In this document: one piece after another, positions 27,479-40,303 of the stretch
How the letters are laid out: each line of letters starts with the position of its first letter
Numbering within the stretch: position 1 is the stretch's first letter
Assembly (NCBI RefSeq): GCF_001194135.2
Contig: NC_068997.1
Span: 55,611,534 to 55,675,533, forward strand
Direction: 5' to 3'
Origin: Octopus bimaculoides
Lineage: Eukaryota
Length of the DNA: 64,000 bases
Notes under the pieces: generated by a model
The model's input: the letters and a program-made list of their open reading frames with translations, nothing else
Database searches by the model: none
Told to the model about the DNA's origin: nothing
Made by a program: the position numbers and the translations under genes

Positions 27479-27767
27479 AAATAAGCAACAGGATATCAAG
27501 AGGTGATGCAGTATGACCGTTTCAAATGTCTCCATTTAATTGAACAATGCAATCATTACTTCAATTTAAATGCAGAGCTATCCTCAGCTGCATAAATAAA
27601 TAAATAGAATTTTTAATCAGTTGGACACATTAAAAATTCTATTTATTTATTTATGCAGCTGAGGATAGCTCTGCATTTAAATTGATGTAATGATTGTATT
27701 GTTCAATTGAATGGAGCCACTTGAAACGGTCGTACTGCATCACCTCTTGATATCCTGTTGCTTATTT
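27479..27767. repeat. Long inverted repeat, 139-bp arms, 11-nt loop, 6 mismatches
   Basis: 27479-27617 pairs with 27629-27767; left end abuts gap 27287-27476. Confidence 0.95.
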
Positions 27768-29316
27768 TGATTTTATTCACCTTACTTTGAGTTGTACAGA
27801 CAATACCACACTGATTTGGTGCTTCAACTTAACTACCTAATTCATCTGAATCTCAATCATTTCTTAAATATATATGTATGTATATATATATGTGTGTATG
27901 TATATATATGTGTGTGTGCATATATTTATATATGTGTGTATATATGTATATACATGCATGTGTGTATGTGTGTGCATATTTCTTGACTCTAATCTGTCTA
28001 TTCCGCCCCCCACCCCCATTATTCCTATTTACCATTTCAATTATATTTTTGTTGTACTTTCTAAAACGTTTTCTCTGTTGACAATTTTTCCAATTCTTTT
28101 TTTTTTCTTTTCTATTGTAAATAAATGGTGTGTTTTTATGTGTTTGTGTTTGTCTGTGTTTGTTTATGACAGTTTGTGCATGTGAGAGTGAGTATGTCTG
28201 CATGCATGTTTGTGTTGATGATGCCTGTAACATATAGTGGCTGTGTGGTAAGAAGCCTGTGTGTGCATACGTGTGGTGTGTGTGTGTGTTTGTTTGTTTT
28301 TTTATAAAAGCTCATCCCCTGAAACTACAGTATTTGTTTTCCTTCCTTGTTATATCTTTTATTCCCAAAAGGCAATACAAGAACTTTTTCTTCTATTTCA
28401 CTAATATTTTTGTTTTTGTTTATATTCCCCCTCCCCACTTCTTTCTTTGTTGCTTTTCACTCAAGTCTATCATTATCTTCTTGACCCCCACAGTACCCTC
28501 TCCTTCCTCCCTAACAACAACAACAATAACAACGAAAGCAACAAAATAATTTCAAAAGTATTCAAGAGGAAGAAATTTTTTTACCAAGTGTGTTTGCAAG
28601 CCAGACCACCAGACACAACTTCCTTCCATCCATCTCACTGGTAACTCATGGTTTAACTAATTTCATTGAACAATTTAAAACTTTTGCTCCTCTGTAAATT
28701 TCAGTCAAAACAGAAACAAACAAACGTAGATATTTTCTGAAATATCTTCTTCATACTGCTCTGATGATTTACGCATGCTCCCTTTTCACCTCACACAAAT
28801 AAATCCACTTGTTCTCTTTCATAAATAGATTTTATATTCTCTAAATATATGTTCTGCTACGTTGGTTTATCACTCCAAGCAAAAAACAAGAATTAATTTT
28901 AGTGTGTGTATGATAATGAAAGATTATTTAGGTCATAACTGAGATGAGAAACAAAAACTCGTTCATCTAGTTATACCTGAAGCCTTGAAGCATACAATAC
29001 CAAAGGAACCCAAGGGTCTTCTGGTAGGGAGATATTCTGCTGAATCAATGAAATGGTACAAGAAGTTGTTTTTGTTTTCTTTTGATACTAACAGACAATA
29101 AATAAATAAAGAGAATGGGTAAGAAGGTGAGTATTTTTCCTTTAACCTTTGGTCTCATCTGAAAACAGCTATATTCAAAAATGTCTCGACAAGAAACAAT
29201 GTGAAAAGGATAAGTAAACCTAAATTCAGTACTAAGAGGGCAATGCATTAAAGATCTAACTGCACTTGAATCTAATATGTTGCATTATAGGGAAGAACTC
29301 TTTGTGTTCATGTGTC

Positions 29317-29358
<42 letters not shown>

Positions 29359-30384
29359 GATGGATGGAGATAGATAGACAAATAGATAGAAATGGATAAA
29401 TGTATTCACATGTGTGTGTGTGTATATATATATACAGATGTATATGTATGTATGTATGTTTGTTTGTATGCCTGTATGTATATTTTGTCTTTTTAATAAT
29501 ACACAGCACATCATAAGTGTCAGGTAAATGATATTGAACAGTAAAAGAAAACAGAGCAACAGAAAGATACATGCATACACACACATATTTACACTTACAT
29601 TTAGACACACACACATTCATACATGTATATAAATATATGCATTCATACACAAATGACAAAGTACATTTGAAGTGAATAGAGAAAAAGAAGTTTCGAAAAT
29701 AGTGTTGCTTCAAAATGACGGAATGCAAAAGTTGAAGAATCACTAAGTGTAACTCTAGCAACAGCTGTAACCATAAGAGCATTAGAGAGAGGGGGAGGAG
29801 GAGGAGAAGCTAGAGGTGTAGTAAAATGTTTGTAGAGCAGAGTTACATCTGCATTTGGCAATATTAATGCAGGTTCAGAAGACCCCTCTTTACACAAGAA
29901 CAGAGATATAGTGAAGTAGAAACTGCAGATAGATAAACATAGAACTAAAACGGTGTTAATATGAAATAATAAACAGAAGAAATTGTAAGAGTGTTTTTGG
30001 AAAACAGTGAACAGGAAATATAGGTATTTTGTAGGAAAGCACTGTATGTAGACAATGTCTACAGAATGAGTAGCAGTATGCTAATGAACTAATTAATTAG
30101 TGTTTGTATCTATGGAGGTAATGTTGTCATTGAAGTCAATACTTTAGCATAAAAATCTCTAATGAAGAAATACAGCTGAAACAAGCACTCTCTCACCTTT
30201 TGAGTTGCAGATAATTCTTCAGATCCCATGTAAAATCTCTACCAATATTTTGGAATTCTTCTAATCTCATTTCTTAAGTAGAATAGTTCTGTAGGCAGGA
30301 GTCTTGCTTGCAGTTCCACACATACACACACATGCATAAGCCCGCCTAAAGCTCTTTTTTACTGTGCCTAAGTATGATGTCACC

Positions 30385-30553
30385 ATTTCCAATCTTCCAT
30401 AAAAACATGTCTGATCATGGGGAAAATATTACCTTAGTTTGAAATAGGTGGGGGTGGGGTTGGTGACAGGTGGGGCATCAGGTTGTAGAAAGATCCACTT
30501 TAGCAAATTCCATCTGATTTGTGCAAGAGTAAAAAGTGGATGTTAAAATGATG
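30385..30553 (+). mobile_element. RTE-tailed SINE/LINE 3' remnant
   Basis: ...ggggaaaatattacc...gtgacagg...gcatc...aaaagtggatgttaaaatgatg; related copies at about 26510-26720 (-), 45905-46135 (+), 53631-53835 (-). Confidence 0.65.
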
Positions 30554-32136
30554 TTATAATTTATGATATCTAATACACACTCATATGACACATGCATTAT
30601 GCAAATGAGCACATTAGATATCAATCTATGGTAATGTCTAGAATATTTATGACATATATTTAATGACTAACATGGTTATGTCTTTTGATTTTGGGAATTC
30701 ATGAATCTGATTTGCCACAGTTGGTTGCAGCTGAATTATGAAGATACAGGCGGTAAAATATTTAACGTCAGGACAAGAGTCAAATCTATTTTCTCATCAT
30801 AACTGAATTATTGCTAACATTTAATATATGTTGCATTAGAAAGCAAAGTAAAAAGGATAGACACTAAGAAGACACTGATACTTAACAGTGACTAATGTTA
30901 TTTTAAACTTTACTGCAAATTTGGGAGAAAACTGAATATGTTTTGATCTTATTCTGTGCTCATCAGTAAAACATAGCCTTTTCTATGCCTGCAGAAATGG
31001 TGACGAAAATGTTTTCTACCCTTATTTCTATTCCTTCTTGCACTGGCCATCAATTGATGTCTGTCAGTGGATGGTTCCAATACCATATTTTTTCTATGAG
31101 AAGTGATTGTTAATCTCACATTCAGGATTCCTCCATTTCTAGTGAAAGGAATTTTGTGAGTGATTCCCTTCTCCAGCCATTACTGTGTCAAAAGCAAATG
31201 ATTTAGGAACTTTACTGCATGAAAACAAGAGTTAATTTAGTGTTAACATGTCTAATGGATGGTGTATTGAAAATGCTAAAAAGATATTAATATGGCAAGA
31301 AAATTGTTTGACAGGCTTGCCAAAAGCTGTGAGAATAGCACAGAAAGGCATCAGACTAAGGACAGAGGTAGAATTGATTAAATCAATTCCAATATTTCAA
31401 TAGTAATTTCTCTGGAAATGGTAAAGTTGACTTTAGTTGGTTTTGAACTCTGCCTTTTAATATTTACTCACAACCTGACATAGGCTCAGTACCTTTTAAA
31501 TAATAATAATAATAACAATGAAATTGGTTTCGAATTTGGCACAAAGCCAGCAATGTTTTTGAAAGAGGAAGTTAGTTCATTACACCAGCTATTTATTTTA
31601 TCAGCCTGAAAAGCTAATATTGGTGAAATTTGAACCCAGAATCTTAAGAGCCAGAAAAATGCCAACTTCAACAACTCATCTCAGACATTTAAAGCAGAAA
31701 ATTGCAACTAAAGTAAAAATAGTACAATTTTACTAATATTGGCAAGAATTTGGTTCAAAGTTTTTCATACTACAATGCCTTCAACAATTTTGACTATGTA
31801 AATGTGTACATGGAATATCAAGTTATTAATTATTGCTTCAGCATCTCTGTGACACAGGCAGATCTTACTTAAGCAGATATTCAAAATCAATCATCTTGAA
31901 ATACAATTTCTCATGGCTGCTACTTCTTTACTCTGTCTATTCACCAGTCAAACAGTTCCAACAAACTTCACAACATCTTGAAGCATTTACCATTTTTTTT
32001 CACACAGTCTCTTTTCCACTGGCTATTTTCTCCATATTCTTCAACTTAGTGTTTTTTTTTTTATTTATTCTCTTAATAATTCAGACATACACAAATCATA
32101 TACATGCACAGACACTCATGTGTACAGAATTACACA

Positions 32137-32174
<38 letters not shown>

Positions 32175-32332
32175 TATAAAGACACATATGAAATAAATAA
32201 TACACTTCCATTGCAAACAAATATTAGATGCTGTATTCCTCAAAAGAAAATACTCAGACATACAGTGTGTATATGTGCATGTGCTTATATTTGTCTATGT
32301 ATCTATTTAGAAATATGTGTATGTATATACAT

Positions 32333-32560
32333 ACTCTTTTACTTGTTTCAGTCATTTGACTGTGGCCATGCTGGAGCACCGTCTTTAGTTGAGCAAACTG
32401 ACCCCAGGACTCATTCTTTGTAAGCCTAGTACTTATTCTATTGGTCTCTTTTGCTGAACTGATAAGTTACGGGGGACATAAACACACCAGCATTGGTTGT
32501 CAAGCAATGTTGGGAGAACAAACACAGGCACACAAACATATACACGCACATACATATACA
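32333..32560 (-). mobile_element. tRNA-derived SINE, 3' part (family of 51066-51424)
   Basis: Strong similarity to 51068-51230. Confidence 0.8.
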
Positions 32561-32944
32561 TATATATATATCATCGTTATATATATACAAAAATAAGAGG
32601 AATGACCAGCAAAGCATATGAAAAATTTTTTTTAATATGCTAGACCACTGGTTTTAATTGATTAATATCAATTTCTACCCTCATTAATAAATTTTATATA
32701 TATATATATATATAAACTTGATTTAAAGTCGCAAAGCAGAAACAGTATATTTTATTCCATCATAAAAATAAGTATTTTTAAGCCAAGATTTACCTGAAGC
32801 TTTCTCAGAATTCATAGAAAATATTATCAATATTATCTGAATCAGCAAGATCTGTTGCTTGTTTTATGTATAATTTTTTTCCTTTCATCTCTATCAGGAT
32901 ATGTTGTCATTGTTAGAATCAACACAACCGACAATGTTGTTAGA

Positions 32945-33175
32945 TTATATCATCATCATCATTATCATCATCATCATCGTTGTTGTCCTGCTCCTTGTCA
33001 TCATCTTTGTCAACATTGTTGTAAATGCTGGCAAAAATGGCAGTGATGTCAGCAGCAGTGGCATGATGACAATGATGATGATGATCCTCATCATCACCAT
33101 TATTGTCATCGTCATCATCATCACCATCATCACCATCATCATCATCACCGTTATTGTCGTCCTCATTATTGTTGT
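32945..33175. repeat. (CAT/GAT)n trinucleotide low-complexity tract
   Basis: Direct read. Confidence 0.9.
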
Positions 33176-33602
33176 CAACATAATTTTTTCCACGCTGGCA
33201 TGGGTTATGACTTACTGAAGCAACATTCTGTGGCACGATGCTCTTTTTTTGGCAGTCAGGTGCCTTTGTCTTTGTAATAAGATATTTTTATTCCACTGGT
33301 CCATCATAAGTTGAAACCAGGATACATGTGCACAATATCGCCATTGCCACAGTGGTGCCACTACAAAGACACACAAAAACATACGCCCGTGCTCGAGAGT
33401 GCACACACACACACATGCACACAGATATTTGATAGATTTCTGTAGAGTTTCCCTCCAATTTCAATAACAAAGAATTGGTCAGCCTAAGAGTATAAGCAAA
33501 GATGCAAAGACATCCTCTGAAGCTACCGCAAAGTGGAATGGAACCTAAAACCATTAAAACACTTGGTGATTCTCTGCATTCCTCCTCTAATGGGCACAGG
33601 TA

Positions 33603-33770
33603 TAGGTTGGCTATGTGATAAGAAGTTTGCTTGCCAACCTCATGGTTCAAGATTCAGTCCCACTGCATGGCACCTTGGGCAAGTGTCTTCTGCTATAGCC
33701 TTGGCCAACCAAAGCCACGTGAGTGGATTTGGTAGACAGAAACTGAAAGAAGCCCATCATGTGTGTGTGT
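33603..33770 (+). mobile_element. tRNA-derived SINE 5' half
   Basis: ttggctatgtgataagaag...gattcagtccc...caccttgggcaagtgtctt...ggaaactgaaagaagccc-type motifs as at 49969. Confidence 0.8.
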
Positions 33771-34642
33771 GGTTGCAATATGGCTGAATGGTTGAGGTGT
33801 TAACCGTACAGTGCTGAGATCCCAGCTTAGTATCAATTGACATGTGTGGTTTAGGTTTGATCCAAAATATGTAAGTGAAATTGAGTAAATGGAAACTGTG
33901 AGGAAGCATGTCAGCTGGACTGCACTTATAATTCAAAAGTCCAGTATTGTCACACCGTCACGTGCTCAATTGGGATTCATGTGCTCAATTGGGATTCACA
34001 TGCTCAAGAATCCCAATTAAGATACACATGTCTGTGGAATACCCAGCCAGCTTTGCAAAGAATTGATAATGCAGTTGAACAAACCCTTGAGTACTCATTC
34101 ATGAAATGGAGATCCATTTCGATAAGGTGCTGGCTAAAATCTATAGATATATTCATAAACACAGAAGAGTACTTCTTCATTAACAACTCCTACACCGTTT
34201 CCATCAGTATTTTATTTCTGATCATTTTGTACCACAATTCATGAATTCTGTTATTATTTGTTATAGGTTTCTAATGGACCAATCTCTGGTTCACTCTGTT
34301 TCTAATATTGGGAATAATAAAGGTTTCCATCTCCCTTGGAGTACTTCAGTGAACTTCATACCTCTATCAACTGTAGCTTCTGACCACTGTTTATGTCTTT
34401 CTTTGATATATATTCATTGATGAACAATACATATACATGCACAAAGTATTGTGGAAATAACACATTTCATCAAACGACTTTCTATCAAAGTTACCTTCAT
34501 AAAATAGCTTTTAAATATATTTGTCATCTAACGTCTTTTAATTGAAACATGTTTTTATTGAAATTATCTTCACAGAATAATTTTACAAATATATGCTCAT
34601 CAAACAACTTTTTATCAAAACTACTTTTTGTAGAATAATATT

Positions 34643-34869
34643 CTTTTCTACTCAAGGCACAAGGCCCAAAATTTTGGAGGAGGACACCAGTTGATAAGAT
34701 CGACCCCAGTATGCAACTGGTACTTAATTTATCGACCTCGAAAGGATGAAAGGCAGAGGCAAAGGCAAAGTCAACTGCTGTGGAATTTGAACTCAGAACA
34801 TAAAGACAGGTAAAATACCACTTAGCATTTTGCCCGACGTGCTAACGTTTCTGCCAGCTCGCTGCCTTA
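34643..34869 (-). mobile_element. SINE (head ggcagcgagctggcagaaacgttagc) with 12-bp TSD
   Basis: ttttgtagaata at 34626-34637 and 34870-34881; related copies at about 51735-51945 (-) and 43325-43470 (+). Confidence 0.8.
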
Positions 34870-35053
34870 TTTTGTAGAATATTATTATAAATTTAATTTG
34901 ACAGACCAAGATTTATTCATAATTCTTTTTCTTTCTCAAAAGAGATTTGTCACCTGATTAAGCAAACTTGAGTCGATTATTCTATGTTGCTAAGGTCTAA
35001 TAGGCCAACATTCCAATTCTTTGACTGTAAACAAAAATCAAACTTTCTTTCCT

Positions 35054-35282
35054 TTAAACTTTTAGCATCTAAAATGGGCCATGTGTGGTCCAAATATTCT
35101 ACCTGTTTTATGAGTAAGTCTGTCAGATCCAGCCTCACACACCTGCCCTACAATGTCATTCAAAAGACAAGTAATCACATCACTGAAATGTTAAGGCTTT
35201 GAAATAATGCATGGTTAATTCAAAACAATATAAACCAATGAGAATTACATTTGGCAAAGTAATCTGAATGCTAAAGAGTTAA
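35054..35282. mobile_element. piggyBac-like MITE (TTAA ends, short TIRs)
   Basis: ttaa-acttttagcat ... atgctaaagag-ttaa; homologous throughout to 37225-37449. Confidence 0.65.
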
Positions 35283-36267
35283 ACATGTGAATTAACTTTG
35301 AAAGATTGAATTTTCATTTCTTGAAATTATTTCCCCACCTTTTCAGAGTCGCTAACAAATCAATTAAAAACATTTCTGCATATGGCATTTTGTACATCAC
35401 CTAACTTATTACCTGTGTAGAATAATTGTTTTGTAGAATACTTTTGAGTACAGCATAATTTTAAATATCCAATAATTTTTAATGTAAAATAAAAACACAA
35501 TTTCCATGCAAAAATTCAATTTAAAAAATGAAACAGAAATAGAAGTTAAAGGATTTCCATTTGTACCAATTTCATTAGGTAATTACCACAGATAATAGAT
35601 AATTATTTGACAATTAACAGCATGACACACTGTCTCAATATTCATTAGCACTTTGCTCACTGCAGCAAATTGTTTTCTGGGGTTTTTTTTTTTTTTTTCT
35701 GGTTTGCCATCCAATACCAGCAGAAAATTATTTAATAAATAACACTTTTGCCTCTTTCTCATGTTGAAATGTTTTCACAAGTTTACCTAATATAGGATGA
35801 TGAATTTTTTTCTAAATGCTTGGTGCCACCATTCAACACTATTATTTGTATATGCTACATAACTGCACATGTACATATATATTCCAATGGAGTATCAGAA
35901 ATTTTGGTTGTCAGCCGTTTGTTTAGTGTACAGCCTTAATCCATGTTGTTTCCAAATGGCCTATGAAGGGGCTTGGCAGAATTCATCATATTGTCTGATT
36001 TATCTAAAGTTTTGGTGTCCACAAAACTATAAAAACATTCACAAATCAAATGACTATCTTTTCTCTTTTACTTGTTTCACATAGACTTCATATATATATT
36101 TATACACATACATATTTAAATATATACATATGTGTGTGTGTGTACACAAGCACACATACATTGACATATGTCATTTACATTACACACACACAGGTAAATG
36201 TGTTTGTATGTACATATTATATTACATTATATCCTATTGTATTATATCATTTATTTATTTCCATTTC

Positions 36268-36516
36268 ACGAGAACGGAGTGGAGCGAATGATTCGATAGA
36301 AGAGTACCGAAGGCAGAAGTTCAACTGGATCGGACATGTCACAAGATTCACAGACAACAGATGGATCCATGCAGTTGTTGCGTGGTATCCAAGGGACCAG
36401 AAAAGGGCCCTAGGGAGGGCCCTTTTCTGGGAAGACAATTTAGTTAAGCAACTTGGGCCAAGAGGGAAAAGAATAGTACAATGAAGAGAACATTGGAAGT
36501 GCATTGTGAATAGCGG
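36268..36516 (+). mobile_element. RTE-clade LINE ORF C-terminal relic
   Basis: RERSGANDSIEEYRRQKFNWIGHVTRFTDNRWIHAVVAWYPRDQKRALGR...WED; W.GHV.R...RW and KR..GR...WED motifs. Confidence 0.85.
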
Positions 36517-37224
36517 TGTATAACAATATCTGATAGTCTGGTCGATACTGTGATATTATATAATATTATATCAGATTATATTATACAAAGCCAATTTCTC
36601 TTTCCGTTAACACTAGGTTTTTTTTTATTTCCTTTCTTAAAACGCCAAATTCTTTTTTGTAAATGCGTGTATGAGTGTGTGTGTGTGTGTGTATGTTTGT
36701 GTATGCGTGAGATTATGTGTATGCCTATGTGTGTGAGTGTGTGCATATGTATCTGCATATGTGAGTACATGCATGCCTACATGTATGTGTGTGTGTCTGT
36801 GCATGCAGGTGTTTGTGCATATATGTGTTTGTGTCCTCGTCTGTATTGAGAAATGCTTAACATTCCTCCACCAACCAATCCCGTTTCTGTTATTATTTAC
36901 CTTAATCAACACCTTACAGACCTATTCCTTTCTTTTCTCCACCCCCAAACTTCTTACCAAATTCTTCACCTTCTCACAGATGGAACCCATATGCTGTTGT
37001 GATAACCATCTGTTAATTCTAACTGATAAAAGGTAAATAAAAAATAGCCATAGTAATTTTAGATTCTCTAACAAGCTTATTATCGAGTTTCTCCTCTGTG
37101 TGTGATATATGTTATGGCCAAAAGGAAAACAACAAGGCACTGAGGAGCTATTGGCAAACAAGAGGTTTTTCAGGCTCTTCTACATGGGCACTCAAACTGC
37201 AAGAAATAACAGCCAAATGTACCT

Positions 37225-37449
37225 TTAACTCTTTAGCATTTAAACTGGCCACATTTGGCTCAAACATTCTATCTGTTTTATGTTACAACTGGCCAGATCT
37301 GGCCACTCACACTTGCCCTACAATGTCACTCCAAAAATAAGAATCACATGATTGAAATCACAAAGCTACAATATAACATACAATTAGTTCAAAACAATGT
37401 GAATAATTAAGTATTACATTTGATAAAGTAATCTGAATGTTAAAGGGTT
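37225..37449. mobile_element. piggyBac-like MITE, second copy
   Basis: ttaa-ctctttagcatt ... aatgttaaaggg-tt; aligns to 35054-35282. Confidence 0.65.
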
Positions 37450-37465
37450 GGTTAAAACGACTTAC

Positions 37466-37534
37466 CATTTGGTGTAATCCATGATAATTATGTCTGAAAG
37501 GTTGGTTACAACTGGAATTTCTTAGATGACATGT
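37466..37534 (-). CDS. Candidate 69-nt exon (TCHLRNSSCNQPFRHNYHGLHQM), unknown gene
   Basis: Acceptor cctgttgttgttgcAG, strong donor ATG|GTAAGT, open in phase 0; no homology recognised. Confidence 0.2.
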
Positions 37535-37670
37535 CTGCAACAACAACAGGAACTGTAACAACAATAGGCTCTGCTTAATTGGCTGAGATTTTACATGCAT
37601 ATATTATTTCTTAGATTTGTCAAAATTTGACAGTGTGTGTATGAGAGAGAGAGAGGGAGAAAGAGAGTGT

Positions 37671-37725
<55 letters not shown>

Positions 37726-39535
37726 TGTGCAAATCCTTTGTGAAGATGATTACAAGTTTATATCATGGATATTCACATCCTTGCATGTATAGGTATGAAA
37801 TGTGTTTACATGTGTGGGTATCCTCTTAATAGTTAATGTAAATGTTGATGTGAAGTACTAGAAAAGATGAATGTAGTAGGACATGTAGCAGACATGAAAT
37901 GCATTGCTAAGTACACAATTAACGTGACAGGACATGTGGCAAGCATATAATACATTAAGTACAAGATGAATGTAGCAGGACATGTGACAGACATGAAATA
38001 CATTGCTAGGTATAAAATATCAATCCTGTTATCAAAAGTTCAAAAGTACAGAAAAGTTATAAAAAAACTGTTGATAGTAAGAAACTGTTTTGATCAGATA
38101 AAAGTGAATATTTGTTTAGCAATAAAAGCTTATCCAAATGGTAAATATTTTTATTCCGGATGTGGTTGACAAGACTGCAACTTGGATAGATATGATGTAC
38201 TGTTTTGTAGAAGACACACTTCATGATTTTTTGTTTTTTGTTTTTTTAGGTGGGGGTGACATAAATTAGAAATCGCTCCAAGCTAAAATAACTTTTCAGG
38301 TAGGATTCAGAAAATCTCCTCTGTCTTATATTCTTAGACATAGTGAGTTTAGTAAATACATAAAGAAGTTTTGTAGTCTTCTGAATAACGGATGAAGCTA
38401 TTTCCTATTTGTCTGGAAAATATTTATATGTGTTTCATCTGTTTATTATGGAAACCAATGGTAAGGACGATAACCTCCAAGCGTCTTCTGTTATATTCTT
38501 CAGAAACTTTAAACAATTAGATTTCTTTGAAAGATGACTTCAATCTGAGGATAGAGAAAGTGAGGAAAAGAAGTATTTGGACAACATTAGTCAGAAAATA
38601 AAATTGTCTTCCTTAATAAAAGTTGTTGTTGCTGGGAAAATATAGATAAATAGATATTTTCAAAAGTTATATACTATATTATGGTTTACAATAAAGCAGG
38701 TTACAGGGTGCATTTAGCTTTTGCAAAATAAGATATTATCTGAAAACAAAACTCCATTAAACAGTTGAGGCACGCTTTAACCACAGAATGTAAGGAGACA
38801 CTAGTCTATGGTAGATTCTACTCTACTCCAGAATTTGAACTCAGCACTACAAATTCGCATCACATTTGTTAGTTGTACACTGCATTTACGTTTTGTAACT
38901 GTAACCTGTGCACATTCATGATACTTATTTATTATTACTTTGTCTTAATTGTGGTTTCAACATTTGAAAAAGTTTAGTTCAGATATATCTGGGATTAAAA
39001 TTTATTTAATTACAATTGAAGTGCATCCTCAATTAAAATCTAATTAATTTTAACTAATGTGTATCTGGACTAAAAATCTGTTTAATTTTAATTGTGGCAC
39101 ATTTCGAATGAAATGCCACTTAATTTTGAGGTTTATCTGGAATAATTCCTTTGTTGTTTGGAACATTGAAACAATATTTGCATTAATTGAAAATGAAAAA
39201 TAAACTGCTTCTCATAAAATGCAAAACAACTAATGTTGATGTTGTTGTTTTTTATTTAGCCCGGTTCTAGTATGCTTCAGCAGATCTACGACCAAAGGAA
39301 TAACAATCATAATCATCCAGTTTTTTGGGGGTTTTGAAGTACTGGACCAATTATCAATTTTTTTATGGTAGTTGAGTGTAATTTGAGGGCGATTTCAGCT
39401 ACTGTTTTTAGCAGGATGAGCAAACACAAATGTCCTATTGATCTAAAAGAAGTCTTTTTTCAATTAGTGACATCATTGAAACATAAAGAAAGGAATACAA
39501 GAATATCAAGTCTTCATACCAAACATGATATGCGC

Positions 39536-39602
39536 AGTAAAACTCTGAAGGAATCCTACAAGAAGACATTTCATCAAATTGTGTAATTATAATTACTATC
39601 AA
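39536..39602 (-). pseudogene. Decayed duplicate (pseudo-exon) of the 46208-46284 exon
   Basis: Aligns to 46208-46284 with 8-nt and 2-nt deletions; donor GTGAGT changed to GCGCAT; acceptor ttccAG retained. Confidence 0.6.
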
Positions 39603-40104
39603 CTGGAATGTAATTAAAAATAAAAATTCAGTTTCAAACAGTCTTTATCAAATATTACAAAAGATGAGCAATGACTCTTTAATTTCCAAAAATATTGCTA
39701 TTGGCTGGATACAGAAGAAAGTTTATGAAATCCTCTTTTAAATAATGTTATCTTTATTGTTGTTTTTAATGTGAGGAGAGAAGATCTTTTAAATGACTCT
39801 TTAGGCTGGTGAGAGACAAAGAAGCTATCTTGAGACCTGGGCTAAATGCTTTTGACAGAGTGGACTCTGCTAAAAGTTCCCGAAGGGCTAAGTTGTACTG
39901 TTGAACCAGACTGCAAATTAAGAGCCTTCTATCCAAAGCATGCAATACACAAGCATCATTCTATATAACCAGGAAGAAATTTTAATTAAATTATAATTAC
40001 TGTGTGCATTCTACATTTCCTGATATTACTCTGGTCACAAATGCATACTTCTAAAGTTACCCATCATATGATGGACATTACTCTAGAATAGGTATGTGTG
40101 TGCG

Positions 40105-40138
<34 letters not shown>

Positions 40139-40244
40139 TATAGATATACACACACATATATCTATCTATTTCTATATACATGTGTGTGTGTGTATGTATA
40201 TATATATATATATATGGGGGGTGGGAGAAAGGGAGAAAGAGGGG

Positions 40245-40264
40245 TAGACAGATAGATAGACAGG

Positions 40265-40301
<37 letters not shown>
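40245..40301. repeat. (GATA)n microsatellite
   Basis: Direct read. Confidence 0.9.

Positions 40302-40303
<2 letters not shown>

Noticed and set aside
29643-29923. Open minus-strand frame after a good acceptor (FYFTISLFLCKEGSSEPAL...)
   Set aside because: Partly (CCT)n low complexity, no domain recognised, no clear donor
33981-34400. Weak resemblance to an LTR integrase (NISIDFSQHL, TVDRGMKFTE)
   Set aside because: Motifs too short and not in a consistent frame; no LTRs
36980-37032. Plus-strand exon candidates with good splice sites (also 43735-43783, 59942-59978, 2926-2975)
   Set aside because: No recognisable protein, and comparable sites occur on both strands, so they cannot be distinguished from chance without transcripts
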